IMG/VR virus record: IMGVR_UViG_3300022670_000619
Location: 1 to 43,120 of that record
Origin: a virus
Taxonomy: Duplodnaviria > Caudoviricetes
Length of the DNA: 43,120 nt
Direction: 5' to 3' (one strand)
Part shown: positions 15,887 through 25,553 of the stretch, one piece after another
How positions within the stretch are numbered: position 1 is the first letter of the stretch
Layout of the letters: every line of letters starts with the position of its first letter
Program-made: the position numbers and the translations under genes
Notes under the pieces: model-generated
Seen by the model: the letters and a program-made list of their open reading frames with translations, nothing else
The model's database searches: none
What the model was told of the DNA's origin: nothing

Positions 15887-17817
15887 TCTACATCGACTTT
15901 GAGACTCGTTCCAAAGCCGACATCAAGAAAGAAGGGGCTTGGCGCTACTCTGAGGATGAGAGCACCGAGCCCCTTTGTATGGCGTTCGCTGTCATGAGTT
16001 TGCCAGTGGACATCTGGGTCCCGGGGGAAGACTTTCCCCGGGACCTCGCCTACTACATCGACCAGGGTCATATGGTCGAGGCTCACAATGCTTTCTTCGA
16101 GCGGGCCATCTGGAGGAATATCATGGTGCCACAATACGGATGGCCAGATATACCGGATGACCAATGGGCATGCAGCATGGCCCGGGCCTCCGCCCTGGCC
16201 CTCCCCAGGAAGCTGGAGGGGGTAGGCGCGGCCCTCAACCTACCAATACAGAAGGATTTGGATGGGCACACTATCATGCTCAAGTTATGTAAACCTAGGC
16301 GAAAAAGTAAAGATAATAGTGAAACGTGGCATAGGGGAAGTTCAGACTTCCGAAAACTCTACAATTACTGCGTAGATGACGTAAAATCAGAGAGGTGCCT
16401 CAGTGAGCGTATAAGGCCTCTCAGCGATTATGAACGTAAGGTATGGCTTCTGGATCAAAAGATGAACATGAGGGGCCTACGCATCGACATGGAGGCCGTA
16501 GAAGCAGCAAGAGAGATAAGCGCGGTGTACAAGAACCGCCTCAACTCCCAGATGGCCGTAGCCACGGAGGGTGTTATCACCAAGACCACTCAGAATGCAA
16601 GGCTCCTAAAGTGGATCCAGGGGAAAGGATTTCCCATGGAAAGCCTTGCTAAAGACCATGTAACTGAGGCGCTCAAAGAGATGGTCCTTCCAGAGGATGA
16701 TGTCTACGAGGCTCTGAAGATCCGCCAAGTAGCGGCTAAGACATCGGTAGCCAAGTACAGCAAAATGATCGAGACGGTAGCCAGCGATGGCACGGTCAAG
16801 GATCTGTATGTGTATCACGGGGCGGGGCCCGGGAGGTGGACAGGTAGAGGCGTACAGCCCCAGAACCTTCCAAGGAATAAAATCAAGAAAGGTCTGGAGA
16901 CCTGCTTCGAGATCCTGAAACAGAGAGACCATGAAGCATTTGAGATGTGCTACCCCGATGTCCTCGGCACCCTAAGCTCCATGCTCCGGGGATGTTTCAT
17001 TCCGACAGAAGGTAAGAGATTTTTTGGTGGGGACTTTTCATCCATTGAAGCCAGGGTTTTATTCTGGGGAGCCAAAGAGAAACATGGATTGCACCTGTTT
17101 GAAACTGGGGCAGATATCTATGTGGACATGGCTAAAGACATTTATGAAAAAGATCTGGATATAGATGAGGATGAAAGAACCTTGGGCAAAAAAGTGGTTC
17201 TCGGATGTGGATATCAGATGGCCCATAAGACCTTTAGGGAAACTTGTAGAATAGACGGGATCATTATATCTGAGGCCATGTCAAAGAAAACCATAACTGC
17301 CTACAGGGAAAAATATAAAACCGTGGTTCAATATTGGTACGACATGGAAGCCGCAGTGCTGGAAGCCGTAGACACTGGCCGTAAGGTACGTTGTGGTCCC
17401 GCCGTATGGAAAGTGATAGGCGAGTTCCTGTATTGTAGGCTACCATCTGGTAGGAGACTCGCGTACTACCACCCAATGCTTCAGATGGTTGATACTCCTT
17501 GGGGGCAGCAAAAGCTTGCTGTCACCTACATGTCAGTTGATAGCTACACAAAGAAATGGATTAGAGAAAAAACATACGGGGGTAAGCTGGTAGAGAATGT
17601 CACCCAGGCCATTGCTCGGGATCTCATGGTCAATGCCATGTTTGCTGTCGAGGATGCCGGGTATGAAATCGTAATGACCACACACGATGAACTTGTGGGT
17701 GAGCATGATAAGGGATCAGTGGGACAATTTGAAAAACTTATGGTCAAGCTACCAGATTGGGGTAAGGGTATCCCGATGAATGTAAAAGGTTGGTCAGGAA
17801 AGAGGTATTTGAAATGA
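15883..17817 (+). CDS. polA: Family A DNA polymerase with 3'-5' exonuclease domain
   Basis: IDFETRS (ExoI), AHNAFFE, YCVDDV; GRWTGRGVQPQNLPR; motif A DFSSIEARV; motif B RTLGKKVVLGCGY; motif C THDE. Confidence 0.93.
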   Translation: MIYIDFETRSKADIKKEGAWRYSEDESTEPLCMAFAVMSLPVDIWVPGEDFPRDLAYYIDQGHMVEAHNAFFERAIWRNIMVPQYGWPDIPDDQWACSMARASALALPRKLEGVGAALNLPIQKDLDGHTIMLKLCKPRRKSKDNSETWHRGSSDFRKLYNYCVDDVKSERCLSERIRPLSDYERKVWLLDQKMNMRGLRIDMEAVEAAREISAVYKNRLNSQMAVATEGVITKTTQNARLLKWIQGKGFPMESLAKDHVTEALKEMVLPEDDVYEALKIRQVAAKTSVAKYSKMIETVASDGTVKDLYVYHGAGPGRWTGRGVQPQNLPRNKIKKGLETCFEILKQRDHEAFEMCYPDVLGTLSSMLRGCFIPTEGKRFFGGDFSSIEARVLFWGAKEKHGLHLFETGADIYVDMAKDIYEKDLDIDEDERTLGKKVVLGCGYQMAHKTFRETCRIDGIIISEAMSKKTITAYREKYKTVVQYWYDMEAAVLEAVDTGRKVRCGPAVWKVIGEFLYCRLPSGRRLAYYHPMLQMVDTPWGQQKLAVTYMSVDSYTKKWIREKTYGGKLVENVTQAIARDLMVNAMFAVEDAGYEIVMTTHDELVGEHDKGSVGQFEKLMVKLPDWGKGIPMNVKGWSGKRYLK

Positions 17818-17987
17818 GTTACATTTGGACATCAAAATATATTAACCGTGGGGATAATCACATATTCACTTTGCAATTAGAATTAGCTTCTATCCACGAT
17901 GTTGAGGATATGCTTTTACATTCAGAGAACAAGCTTTTAGGGTATCAGTTGAAATCCAAATTTCTACAGGCATTATTAGATGGCTAG
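17814..17987 (+). CDS. Hypothetical protein
   Basis: ATGA coupling to the polymerase stop; GAGG RBS. Confidence 0.55.
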   Translation: MSYIWTSKYINRGDNHIFTLQLELASIHDVEDMLLHSENKLLGYQLKSKFLQALLDG

Positions 17988-18342
17988 TGAAAAAGAAACC
18001 ATAAAACGCTCGCGTAAACATCTTAAGGATAGAGGGTATGTAGTCGGGAAGGTGGGGTATTACAACGCCCGTATCAAACGGAATAAAGACTTGTATGGCT
18101 TTCTGGATTTGGTTGGTCTGCATCCCTGTGAGAAAGGCGTTCTTGGGATACAGACTACAACCTCCGGCCATCTTGCGGAGAGAGTAAAGAAAGCAGAAAA
18201 TCTGGAAGCCTATTGGGATTGGCTGGGGTCTTCCAATGATGTCGAATTTCACGGCTGGCGGAAGATCAAACATGAGACAAAGAATATAAAAATTTGGAAA
18301 CCCAGGATCATAAGGGTGAGCTGGAAAGATGTATTGGCATGA
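17980..18342 (+). CDS. PD-(D/E)XK nuclease, putative Holliday junction resolvase (VRR-NUC-like position)
   Basis: SEK....R.HLK.RGY.V, DLYGFLDLVG, LGIQTT; last large gene of the replication block. Confidence 0.65.
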   Translation: MASEKETIKRSRKHLKDRGYVVGKVGYYNARIKRNKDLYGFLDLVGLHPCEKGVLGIQTTTSGHLAERVKKAENLEAYWDWLGSSNDVEFHGWRKIKHETKNIKIWKPRIIRVSWKDVLA

Positions 18343-18500
18343 AATTGACAAAAGAACAGATAGAATGGTTGTTGAATGACCCCGATAGTTCATACAGCAA
18401 AGAGGGTATACATCGGAGTTTTCAAGCCAATGGAAAGAGGATTCTCAAGAATATCCAACTAAAAAAGGGGGCCGAGCGACCTAACGCTCGAGCCCCCTAG
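18339..18500 (+). CDS. Small hypothetical protein
   Basis: ATGA coupling; MKLTKEQIEWLL... Confidence 0.45.
   Translation: MKLTKEQIEWLLNDPDSSYSKEGIHRSFQANGKRILKNIQLKKGAERPNARAP
18461..18499 (-). terminator. Intrinsic terminator at the end of the late block
   Basis: Minus strand AGGGGGCTCGAGCG ttaggt CGCTCGGCCCCCT TTTTT at the point where the two blocks converge. Confidence 0.75.
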
Positions 18501-18522
18501 TTCTCTACCGGGGGATAGAGAT

Positions 18523-18879
18523 TCAGATATTGGCTTTTATCTTAGCCACAACCTTTTTCACTTTTTCAGGCATACGTTTGGAGACTTCCGCTAGAGCGAG
18601 GTCTCTTTGTACTGGAGTCAATTTGCTGTACCCTGCCGCTACTGACAGAACGATTTCTTTAGTATTCCGTTTGTGATAAATTCCTCGGATTATCGCCGCC
18701 ACGGTCGATAGCGCCAGACCAGCCACAACAAGAGGAGGATTGCCGCTATTGGTGGCAAAATCAGTAATAACATCCACCGCACCAGAACTTTCACCCGGGG
18801 CCCCTACGAGCCAATCAAGCTGAGTGCATCCCGCCATTAGAGCTAGGCCGCCTAACAATATGTACTTTAGTTTCTTCAT
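18523..18879 (-). CDS. Lipoprotein with an internal transmembrane segment (spanin-like or superinfection-exclusion candidate)
   Basis: MKKLKYILLGGLALMAG-C lipobox; second hydrophobic segment PLVVAGLALSTVAAII; basic C-tail; GAAAGGA RBS. Confidence 0.75.
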   Translation of the reverse strand: MKKLKYILLGGLALMAGCTQLDWLVGAPGESSGAVDVITDFATNSGNPPLVVAGLALSTVAAIIRGIYHKRNTKEIVLSVAAGYSKLTPVQRDLALAEVSKRMPEKVKKVVAKIKANI

Positions 18880-18901
18880 CGGAAATATCCTTTCTGTTTC
18901 C

Positions 18902-18960
18902 ATTATATCTATTCAAAATTGCCTGTTTCAAATTCTGAATCTCTTTTCGAGCTGTGTCAA
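18902..18960 (-). promoter_or_regulatory. Candidate sigma70 promoters upstream of the lipoprotein gene
   Basis: TTGACA-17-CAGAAT (18960-18932) and TTGAAA-18-TATAAT (18931-18902). Confidence 0.45.
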
Positions 18961-18971
18961 CCTTTTTCGGT

Positions 18972-19184
18972 CTACCCCTCGAAAATAAGTTTGAAAATGA
19001 GATAGACAAGCCCGCCGCTTGATGCTCCATAACCCACCGCACCTTTCTTTGTAAGTAAACCATTGAGCAACGTTTCTATCCGCGTAAGGGCGGTCACAGT
19101 TGCCAGATCATTTCTATGTACTTCATCCTTGAAATAGTCCAATTTCTTTTCAAGGTTTATCATTCTCTCCTCAATCGCGCTCAT
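18972..19184 (-). CDS. Coiled-coil protein with a hydrophobic C-terminus (XhlA/holin-like candidate)
   Basis: IEERMINLEKKLD...LTRIETLL followed by a G/A-rich hydrophobic tail; lysis-region position. Confidence 0.55.
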   Translation of the reverse strand: MSAIEERMINLEKKLDYFKDEVHRNDLATVTALTRIETLLNGLLTKKGAVGYGASSGGLVYLIFKLIFEG

Positions 19185-19185
19185 C

Positions 19186-19539
19186 TCAGATCCCTAGCTC
19201 CCCGTCCGTTGGTACCAATTGCAGGACTACCTTCCGCTCGGCAGATGTCATGACTTCCCAAGAAGCCTTTCTTACTGCACTCTCTTTTGTTGCGATGACC
19301 GCTGCTGTTCTTCTGTCGTTCAGAGCTTTCTCTGCGATTCTTGTACCCCTTCTAACTGGGTCTAATACGACCTTGCCATCCACCAGTTCATCGGAAATTT
19401 CTTTAGGGGAGATGGTCTCAGTATCAAAGGGTTCCCAAGTGACCCCCTCTACTTCAGGTATATACTTCGGATCCAACGTCCATTCACGGGGCAAAACTGG
19501 CACCCCATTTATACATTTCACATAATTTAGGTGTGGCAT
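19186..19539 (-). CDS. Hypothetical protein, possible tail-fibre chaperone
   Basis: GGAGGA RBS; immediately downstream of the tail fibre gene. Confidence 0.6.
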   Translation of the reverse strand: MPHLNYVKCINGVPVLPREWTLDPKYIPEVEGVTWEPFDTETISPKEISDELVDGKVVLDPVRRGTRIAEKALNDRRTAAVIATKESAVRKASWEVMTSAERKVVLQLVPTDGELGI

Positions 19540-19547
19540 AAATCCTC

Positions 19548-20564
19548 CTATACAGGTCCAAGGGCTTCAAAGCTAAATTGACGATCATCCGCAGCACCAG
19601 TATCCCCACGAAAAGTTCTTACTCTAGCCGCACTGGTAGAGAGCGCTTCGTAGACAATGGAGCCTATCGCGGTCCCCCCTCCCGAAGAATCTATAGCTGG
19701 AACAAAAGAAGGGAGGGAGTCGTAAGTTGTGGTGAAGTTGACAGTGTGGTCTCCCGTTCCGTTGTCGGTTATTGTGAATCCCGTTCCAGCCGTAATCGCT
19801 GCGCTAGATGCCACTACACCGCGAAGAAGTTTAAGTTGAGGCTCACCGCTGTCTTTTATGATGTTCTGAGAAGCCGCAGAAGCAGCAGCATTGTTTTCAG
19901 AAACAAGAGCAGCGGCAGCACTGGCCGCAGAAGCTGTAACATCCAGACCTGTCAATACGACATCAGCATTTGTCAATACAAGATCAGCGGCACAGGCATT
20001 TTCTGAAACAAGAGCAGCGGCAGCACTAACTGCGGCATCATTAGCCGACACATCCAAATTCTCCAAGTCATCAGCGGCAGAATTCCAACCAAGAGCTTTA
20101 CCAGCTACAGGAGAAGGGAGGGTAAAATTAGCTCCTGTATCAGCAATGCTTTGAAGAATCGCTCTATCCAATTGCTCCTGGATCTGAATATTTACCCGGG
20201 CTTGTTTATCAAATTCGCCTTCTAATTGTGGCTCCTGGATGTTCCCTACAGCGGGGATATTGAAGGACATATCAAGAGTCAATTCTCTACGAACGATAAT
20301 CCTCTTGGTATCATCTGGGGCTGATATAAGCAGGTTCACTGTCCCACCCTCGCTGGAAGTATTCAGGGCCACTGTGTAATCTGAGCTGCCCCCTTCAGTT
20401 AGCGGTGAATCAATCACTCCGGTAGCAATGGTTTCCAGTTCTACGATTAGTTCATCGACTAGCTGTCCAGCTAGTGGTGTCTCTACTGGGAAAGTAAAAG
20501 GGAATGCCGTAGTGACGCCATTTCCAATAGTGACTATTTTGGTAGTTAGATCTTCGGTTGTCAT
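19548..20564 (-). CDS. Tail fibre protein (T7 gp17-like N-terminal anchor)
   Basis: GNGVTTAFPFTF, DYTV, LEGEFDK....IQQ-like anchor region; Ala-rich shaft repeats; beta-rich C-terminal tip. Confidence 0.82.
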   Translation of the reverse strand: MTTEDLTTKIVTIGNGVTTAFPFTFPVETPLAGQLVDELIVELETIATGVIDSPLTEGGSSDYTVALNTSSEGGTVNLLISAPDDTKRIIVRRELTLDMSFNIPAVGNIQEPQLEGEFDKQARVNIQIQEQLDRAILQSIADTGANFTLPSPVAGKALGWNSAADDLENLDVSANDAAVSAAAALVSENACAADLVLTNADVVLTGLDVTASAASAAAALVSENNAAASAASQNIIKDSGEPQLKLLRGVVASSAAITAGTGFTITDNGTGDHTVNFTTTYDSLPSFVPAIDSSGGGTAIGSIVYEALSTSAARVRTFRGDTGAADDRQFSFEALGPV

Positions 20565-20567
20565 TTT

Positions 20568-23500
20568 TTACTCCTTGAATAAATCTTTCAGATCTTCGAA
20601 TTCATCTTTCTTCTTGAAGCCAGCCTCTACAGTTCGTGGGGTCCAACCAAGTATCTTCAGAACCCCTTTAGCTGTTTTGTCTTCTTCAAATATGTCAGGG
20701 TCTGTTATATCCGTAATACCCTCGTACCCATCATATAGCCTTTTGAATGGGATTCCAGTAGAAGGTCCGGCTATCAGCTTCAAAAATGATTCCAGAAGCT
20801 CCTCGACTTTGATCTCTTCTTTGTCCTTATCCAGGGCTTCCATGGATCGAATAATGGCTTCTTGGATATCCCCTATGGGTAAAACCCCACCTCCCCGGAA
20901 TTGATCCAGTTCAGAATCGGTAAAGGCATTCAGTCCCCCACGGACCAAGGCGTCCAGTACATCCTTGAAAATAAAAACACCATTCAAAGACCCCAACCAT
21001 CTGGCTCGTCTCTGCTCATCTTCATCCCATCGTCCGAAGTCACTCACCCACTGGAATATCATTGGCAGGAGAAAATGGTATATTGCTATTGTTTTGGCAA
21101 ATTGCTTGACAGTTATTTTACCTCTGAGTATGCCATCAATGGCGCTCATCTCCCGGCGCAGATATTGATTCTGGGCAGAACCAAACATGGTGAAAAGTTT
21201 ACCAATGGACCCCAGCAATTGTAATTTGGACAGTTTGGAGAAGTCAGATGATTGCTGGGTAGCAGATCCCTTGGCTTCTAAGGCAGCTACCGCAGATTTT
21301 CGGGATCCCGTCTTTTTCAATGTATGCCGATACACAGCCCATGCCCCGGGAAGAATGCCCCACCGATCTCCCAGCCGTGTGGTCATCAAAAGATAATTGT
21401 CCAGGGTTTGAGTACCCCGATACAAAGAAAAAGCATTTGAATTCGCTATGTCTTTCAGGTCACGATCCATGCTCCCGCCTCTGGTATGAACAAAGTCAGA
21501 AAGTCTATCCAATATTTTTGCGTTCTTTATTGGGTTCCTTGCAAAATCCAATATGCCTATGGCGAATTCTAAGGGGGGTATGTTTTCAGCAAAAGCCAAA
21601 GTAGATGTCATCTGCTTAGGGACACTCGAAATCTTACCCGCCAAAGCTGCGCGAGTTATATTTCTTCTCAAGAAATCAGCAGAGGCTACCCGGAGGCGGG
21701 CATTATCTTTACCCCGTGTCCGGAATAACTGAATGTACCCTTCGATAACCCGTAATGAATCGCCCCCGTATTTCTCGCTGATTAGGCTCTTGACTTTAGA
21801 ATTGCCAAATATGGATTGTAAAGTTCTATCTTTCTCCGCCCAATTCAACCAGTGGTTCATTTCAAAGGTGTAGCCAGTTAGGACATCAATGTCAGATCTA
21901 ACACGCAGAGGGGCCTGTGTCTTGGTACGAGACTTCAAAGTCCCAGGGGCTGTGGTTCTCCGTATGTTCAGTTCTTGCAAGAAAGAATCAATAACATCCT
22001 GCTGCCCAACCACCCTGCTTGTGGGAGTGTAATTCGGATTGGACCCTGGATCGATACCATAGAATTTTTTGTACAAGGGGCGGACCTCTTTATCATAAAA
22101 TTCTTGGTATATCTTTCGTTTTTCTTTGTTCCATTGTACATCGGCTTCGTTCAAGAAACTATCTATCCGATCAACCATATCTTGAGTAAGGCCTTTTATG
22201 TGGGTAGCCCCCAGTTGGTACCCGCTTCCTTCAGATCGTATACGTTCGTTCAAAGTGGGATCCGCTAATTCCATAACGATACTGCGGGCTTCGGATTTTG
22301 TGAGGTGGAGCAATACCGTCTGCCCGGAAGCGTCAATCATATTTCCGAAATTCCCTTCAGGAGTAAGTCTGTTATCGGCTTCCATCTTCCGAGCAAATTG
22401 TCCTTGCCTTTTGAATCCGAATGCCCGGAAACCAGCACCGACGATCTTCTGCGCCATGCGGTCTACATCGCCCTTCTCCTTTTGCTCCTCCGCGACAACG
22501 CTGGTGATCTTCGCAAAGACCCCTTTTATAGACAGGTCGCTTAGTTTCTTACCAATATCCTTGTTCACAGAGGCCAACTGCTTGGCGTCTTTTATGGAAA
22601 CGATATCTTCTTTCAGGGCTTTCTTCCTTGGTTCAGACAAGGGAGAAATATCTACCAGACCGGAGAGGTCAGATTTTGCCCCCTTCAACTGTTCATCGGA
22701 AAGTTTGTCACCCTTCTTAGCCAGCTTGGCAATGTTTTTGGTAGCCACTTCCAGGGTCTTGGTGTTATCAATGACTTCAATCACATCCTCGTAACCGCTC
22801 AAGCTATTCTTTCCCTGGGTATAGGCAACTATCAATTTTTTCCGTAAAGTTTTCTTACGTTCAGAAGTAGGCAATAAAGGGTCGCCCCCTTGAATAGCTG
22901 TTATTGCAATTTCAACATTCTTTTCAGCTTCTGTTTTCTTGGCAATCCTCTTACCCGTTGCCAGCCTGCGCCCTTCCGTTATGAAAGATGCTATTTGCTC
23001 ATTTAGGGCTACCAATTCAGCGGAAGTTTTGCCTTTGATATCGGAGAATGCGTCCAGAATTGCATTCTCTTGGGCAAACTGTACTTCCGGGGGCATGTTC
23101 CCTAAGTCCTCTATACGTTTATTTATGAGTTCCTGGGCAGGATTTATACGCTCCCCATTTACGACCTCTGCTTTTATTTGTATAGCTTTACGAATGGTAT
23201 CCAGAGCGTTCTGGATTTCAGGGGTAAACTTACCTACCAATTTTCCAGATTTACTTATGGGCTTCGCAGATTTCAATTGTTTTTCCATGACGGATAATTG
23301 TTTTCTTACGTCTCTGGTTTCCTCTGCTCTAGCGATCCTTGCCTCAAATTCAGGAAGTTCCCTATTGAGTTGTTCGATAGTCTGTATATCCCGTATCTTT
23401 CTAAGGAAAGGTTTCGTCGGGATCTTCGCTTTTTCCAGCGCTTCGATGAGTTGAGTTTGTACAATCTTGGCCTCACCTTTAGCAAATTTAGCTGCGCTTT

Positions 23501-25550
23501 TCGCCCGTTGACTAAGAGCAGAAATTATGCTCTTGGGGGTAACCGTGATTTTCTCTGAAGGTCTTACTTCAGCCTTCGGGGCTTTCAAGAATTCATCGAA
23601 TTTCTTACGGGCAATAGATACCTTTCCTTCCAGAACCTTTTCGTCCGCTCGGAGTTTCTGTAGGATTTTTGATTTCTGTTTCTCCAGCACCCCGACTTCG
23701 GTCTCCAGTGTTTTTATCTGGGCATCTATAGATTCGGTGGACTGAAATTGGTCGAATAATTCTGTACGTTCTCCCTGTAGCGCCTCGATACCATTCTTCA
23801 ACTTATCTAAAGTGAGATCAACATCTTCTGTAGCCTCTAATGCAGTCTTCGCCAAGAGCCTACCCTCTTTCTGCAAAGTGGTAAGTTCCTCACCCAACCG
23901 TTTGGCCCGCCCTTCGATGATAACTTCCCTTTCTGGGAACTTCTCTTTGGCTTTCTGTACAGCCACTTGTTCTTCGGGAGATATTTTTATTTTCTCTTTT
24001 GGGGCTTTCACTTCTGCCCGAGCTTTTCGATCCTTTACAATTTCTGCGAAGACCTCTAGGGGAATCCCTTGGGGTACGGGTTTCTTACCAGCCAGAATAT
24101 CAAGGATCTCGGCCTCTGTTTGTAAAGGGGCTACTGGAACTACAGCTTTTTCTTTTTCCTCGATCACTGGTTTTGCAGCAATACTTGAAGCTTCTTCATC
24201 AGAAATTTCACGGTCTTTAGGTTCTACAAAACCTTCGGATTTTTTACGATTCTGTATAAACTCAATGCTAGCGGCTGTGCCCTTTACTCCCGCGCCCGTG
24301 AGGCCAATTACCGTAGCTTCCACTCCCAGTTCCTCCCAGTTGGGCCAGGAGGCCATGATCTGATCCATCACTCGGTCTGAGTTGGGATCAAATTTATCAA
24401 TGCCCAAAGAGGCCCGCATGATATCTCCGACTCGCTCCTCTCCTAACTCCTGTAGGAAACCGTTCCAACCAACTTTAGTAGCCAGAGCTTTCACACTCTC
24501 ACCTGGATGCAGTTTCCCGAAAACTTTCCCGAAAGAAGTAAGTAGTCTTTTCGGGACGAACTTGCTCCCTACGATACCAATGGCTTTCCCAGTCTCCTCG
24601 CTGAAAAATTCCACAAAGGTATCCCCGAATGCTTTCATCATGGAAGTGGCCGGGGTTTCCCTGGATTCTTCCAATAACGTAAATCCTTTATCCAGGGGTT
24701 GTATTTTGGCGCTCAATTGCCGTTCGGCGAAACTCTTGGCTACCAGATGTGGGGAGGCAGCAGTACGCAAAGCTGCCCCAGTAGCTGTTTGTATGGTCTT
24801 GGAAACGAAAATTGCGGTCTTAGATTCCAACTCTCTCTTCAGCGCAAAAGAAATCCCTTTTTGAACTCCCTTTTTACCGAGTGTTGCCAAGCCCCCGGTG
24901 GCAACGAAAGTAGCCATAAAACTAGGTATTTCTAAACCAGCAGCGGAAACTTTACCCCCGAAAGATACGCCTCGTATACGTTCCTCTTCTTTTTCCGCCA
25001 AGTATCCGGACACTGCTCGAATATCTCTGTTCTTCAGTTCGATGTTTCCATCATATTTATCAGAGGTCAACCGATCCGCAGATTCCTTCAAGGCAAATAG
25101 GCGAAGAGTTGGACTACGGAGAGGCGTGGGTATCTGTTCCTTGGTTGGCTCTCCACGCAAGCGTTTAAGGATACGCAGTGCAGCAGGTTCTTCCGGTATA
25201 TCCATCAAACCCATAGTGGTGAGGACTTGGCCCACTGTCCCTTCAAAAGCCACCTGACCAATCAGGGATAAGTCTCCTCCAAGAGAAGATATGTTTCTGC
25301 GGGCAGATTCCCAAAAGCCAATTTGTGGTTGGGCTTTCAACTTCGCCCGAGTAGCCTCATCCAAAATAAAATCTGTGACCTTCTCACCCTCGCCGTCAAG
25401 TTGGACATTTTCGAGACTCTGAATATCCCCTAAACTACGTAAAGGTTTTTCAGTTTGCTTCAGGACAGGTTCCTCTACCTCAGCTTCTTTTTGAGTGCTT
25501 CGGGCTGGAAGGTCACTAAGTTTTACAAGACCTATATCATCATCAGCCAT
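20568..25550 (-). CDS. Large internal virion/DNA ejection protein (gp16-like position)
   Basis: 1660 aa, helical, third gene of the block between nozzle and tail fibre. Confidence 0.75.
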   Translation of the reverse strand: MADDDIGLVKLSDLPARSTQKEAEVEEPVLKQTEKPLRSLGDIQSLENVQLDGEGEKVTDFILDEATRAKLKAQPQIGFWESARRNISSLGGDLSLIGQVAFEGTVGQVLTTMGLMDIPEEPAALRILKRLRGEPTKEQIPTPLRSPTLRLFALKESADRLTSDKYDGNIELKNRDIRAVSGYLAEKEEERIRGVSFGGKVSAAGLEIPSFMATFVATGGLATLGKKGVQKGISFALKRELESKTAIFVSKTIQTATGAALRTAASPHLVAKSFAERQLSAKIQPLDKGFTLLEESRETPATSMMKAFGDTFVEFFSEETGKAIGIVGSKFVPKRLLTSFGKVFGKLHPGESVKALATKVGWNGFLQELGEERVGDIMRASLGIDKFDPNSDRVMDQIMASWPNWEELGVEATVIGLTGAGVKGTAASIEFIQNRKKSEGFVEPKDREISDEEASSIAAKPVIEEKEKAVVPVAPLQTEAEILDILAGKKPVPQGIPLEVFAEIVKDRKARAEVKAPKEKIKISPEEQVAVQKAKEKFPEREVIIEGRAKRLGEELTTLQKEGRLLAKTALEATEDVDLTLDKLKNGIEALQGERTELFDQFQSTESIDAQIKTLETEVGVLEKQKSKILQKLRADEKVLEGKVSIARKKFDEFLKAPKAEVRPSEKITVTPKSIISALSQRAKSAAKFAKGEAKIVQTQLIEALEKAKIPTKPFLRKIRDIQTIEQLNRELPEFEARIARAEETRDVRKQLSVMEKQLKSAKPISKSGKLVGKFTPEIQNALDTIRKAIQIKAEVVNGERINPAQELINKRIEDLGNMPPEVQFAQENAILDAFSDIKGKTSAELVALNEQIASFITEGRRLATGKRIAKKTEAEKNVEIAITAIQGGDPLLPTSERKKTLRKKLIVAYTQGKNSLSGYEDVIEVIDNTKTLEVATKNIAKLAKKGDKLSDEQLKGAKSDLSGLVDISPLSEPRKKALKEDIVSIKDAKQLASVNKDIGKKLSDLSIKGVFAKITSVVAEEQKEKGDVDRMAQKIVGAGFRAFGFKRQGQFARKMEADNRLTPEGNFGNMIDASGQTVLLHLTKSEARSIVMELADPTLNERIRSEGSGYQLGATHIKGLTQDMVDRIDSFLNEADVQWNKEKRKIYQEFYDKEVRPLYKKFYGIDPGSNPNYTPTSRVVGQQDVIDSFLQELNIRRTTAPGTLKSRTKTQAPLRVRSDIDVLTGYTFEMNHWLNWAEKDRTLQSIFGNSKVKSLISEKYGGDSLRVIEGYIQLFRTRGKDNARLRVASADFLRRNITRAALAGKISSVPKQMTSTLAFAENIPPLEFAIGILDFARNPIKNAKILDRLSDFVHTRGGSMDRDLKDIANSNAFSLYRGTQTLDNYLLMTTRLGDRWGILPGAWAVYRHTLKKTGSRKSAVAALEAKGSATQQSSDFSKLSKLQLLGSIGKLFTMFGSAQNQYLRREMSAIDGILRGKITVKQFAKTIAIYHFLLPMIFQWVSDFGRWDEDEQRRARWLGSLNGVFIFKDVLDALVRGGLNAFTDSELDQFRGGGVLPIGDIQEAIIRSMEALDKDKEEIKVEELLESFLKLIAGPSTGIPFKRLYDGYEGITDITDPDIFEEDKTAKGVLKILGWTPRTVEAGFKKKDEFEDLKDLFKE

Positions 25551-25553
25551 TGG

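Noticed and set aside
19548-20564. Diversity-generating retroelement targeting the tail fibre, as in BPP-1
   Set aside because: No reverse transcriptase ORF and no template-repeat copy of the fibre 3' end were seen
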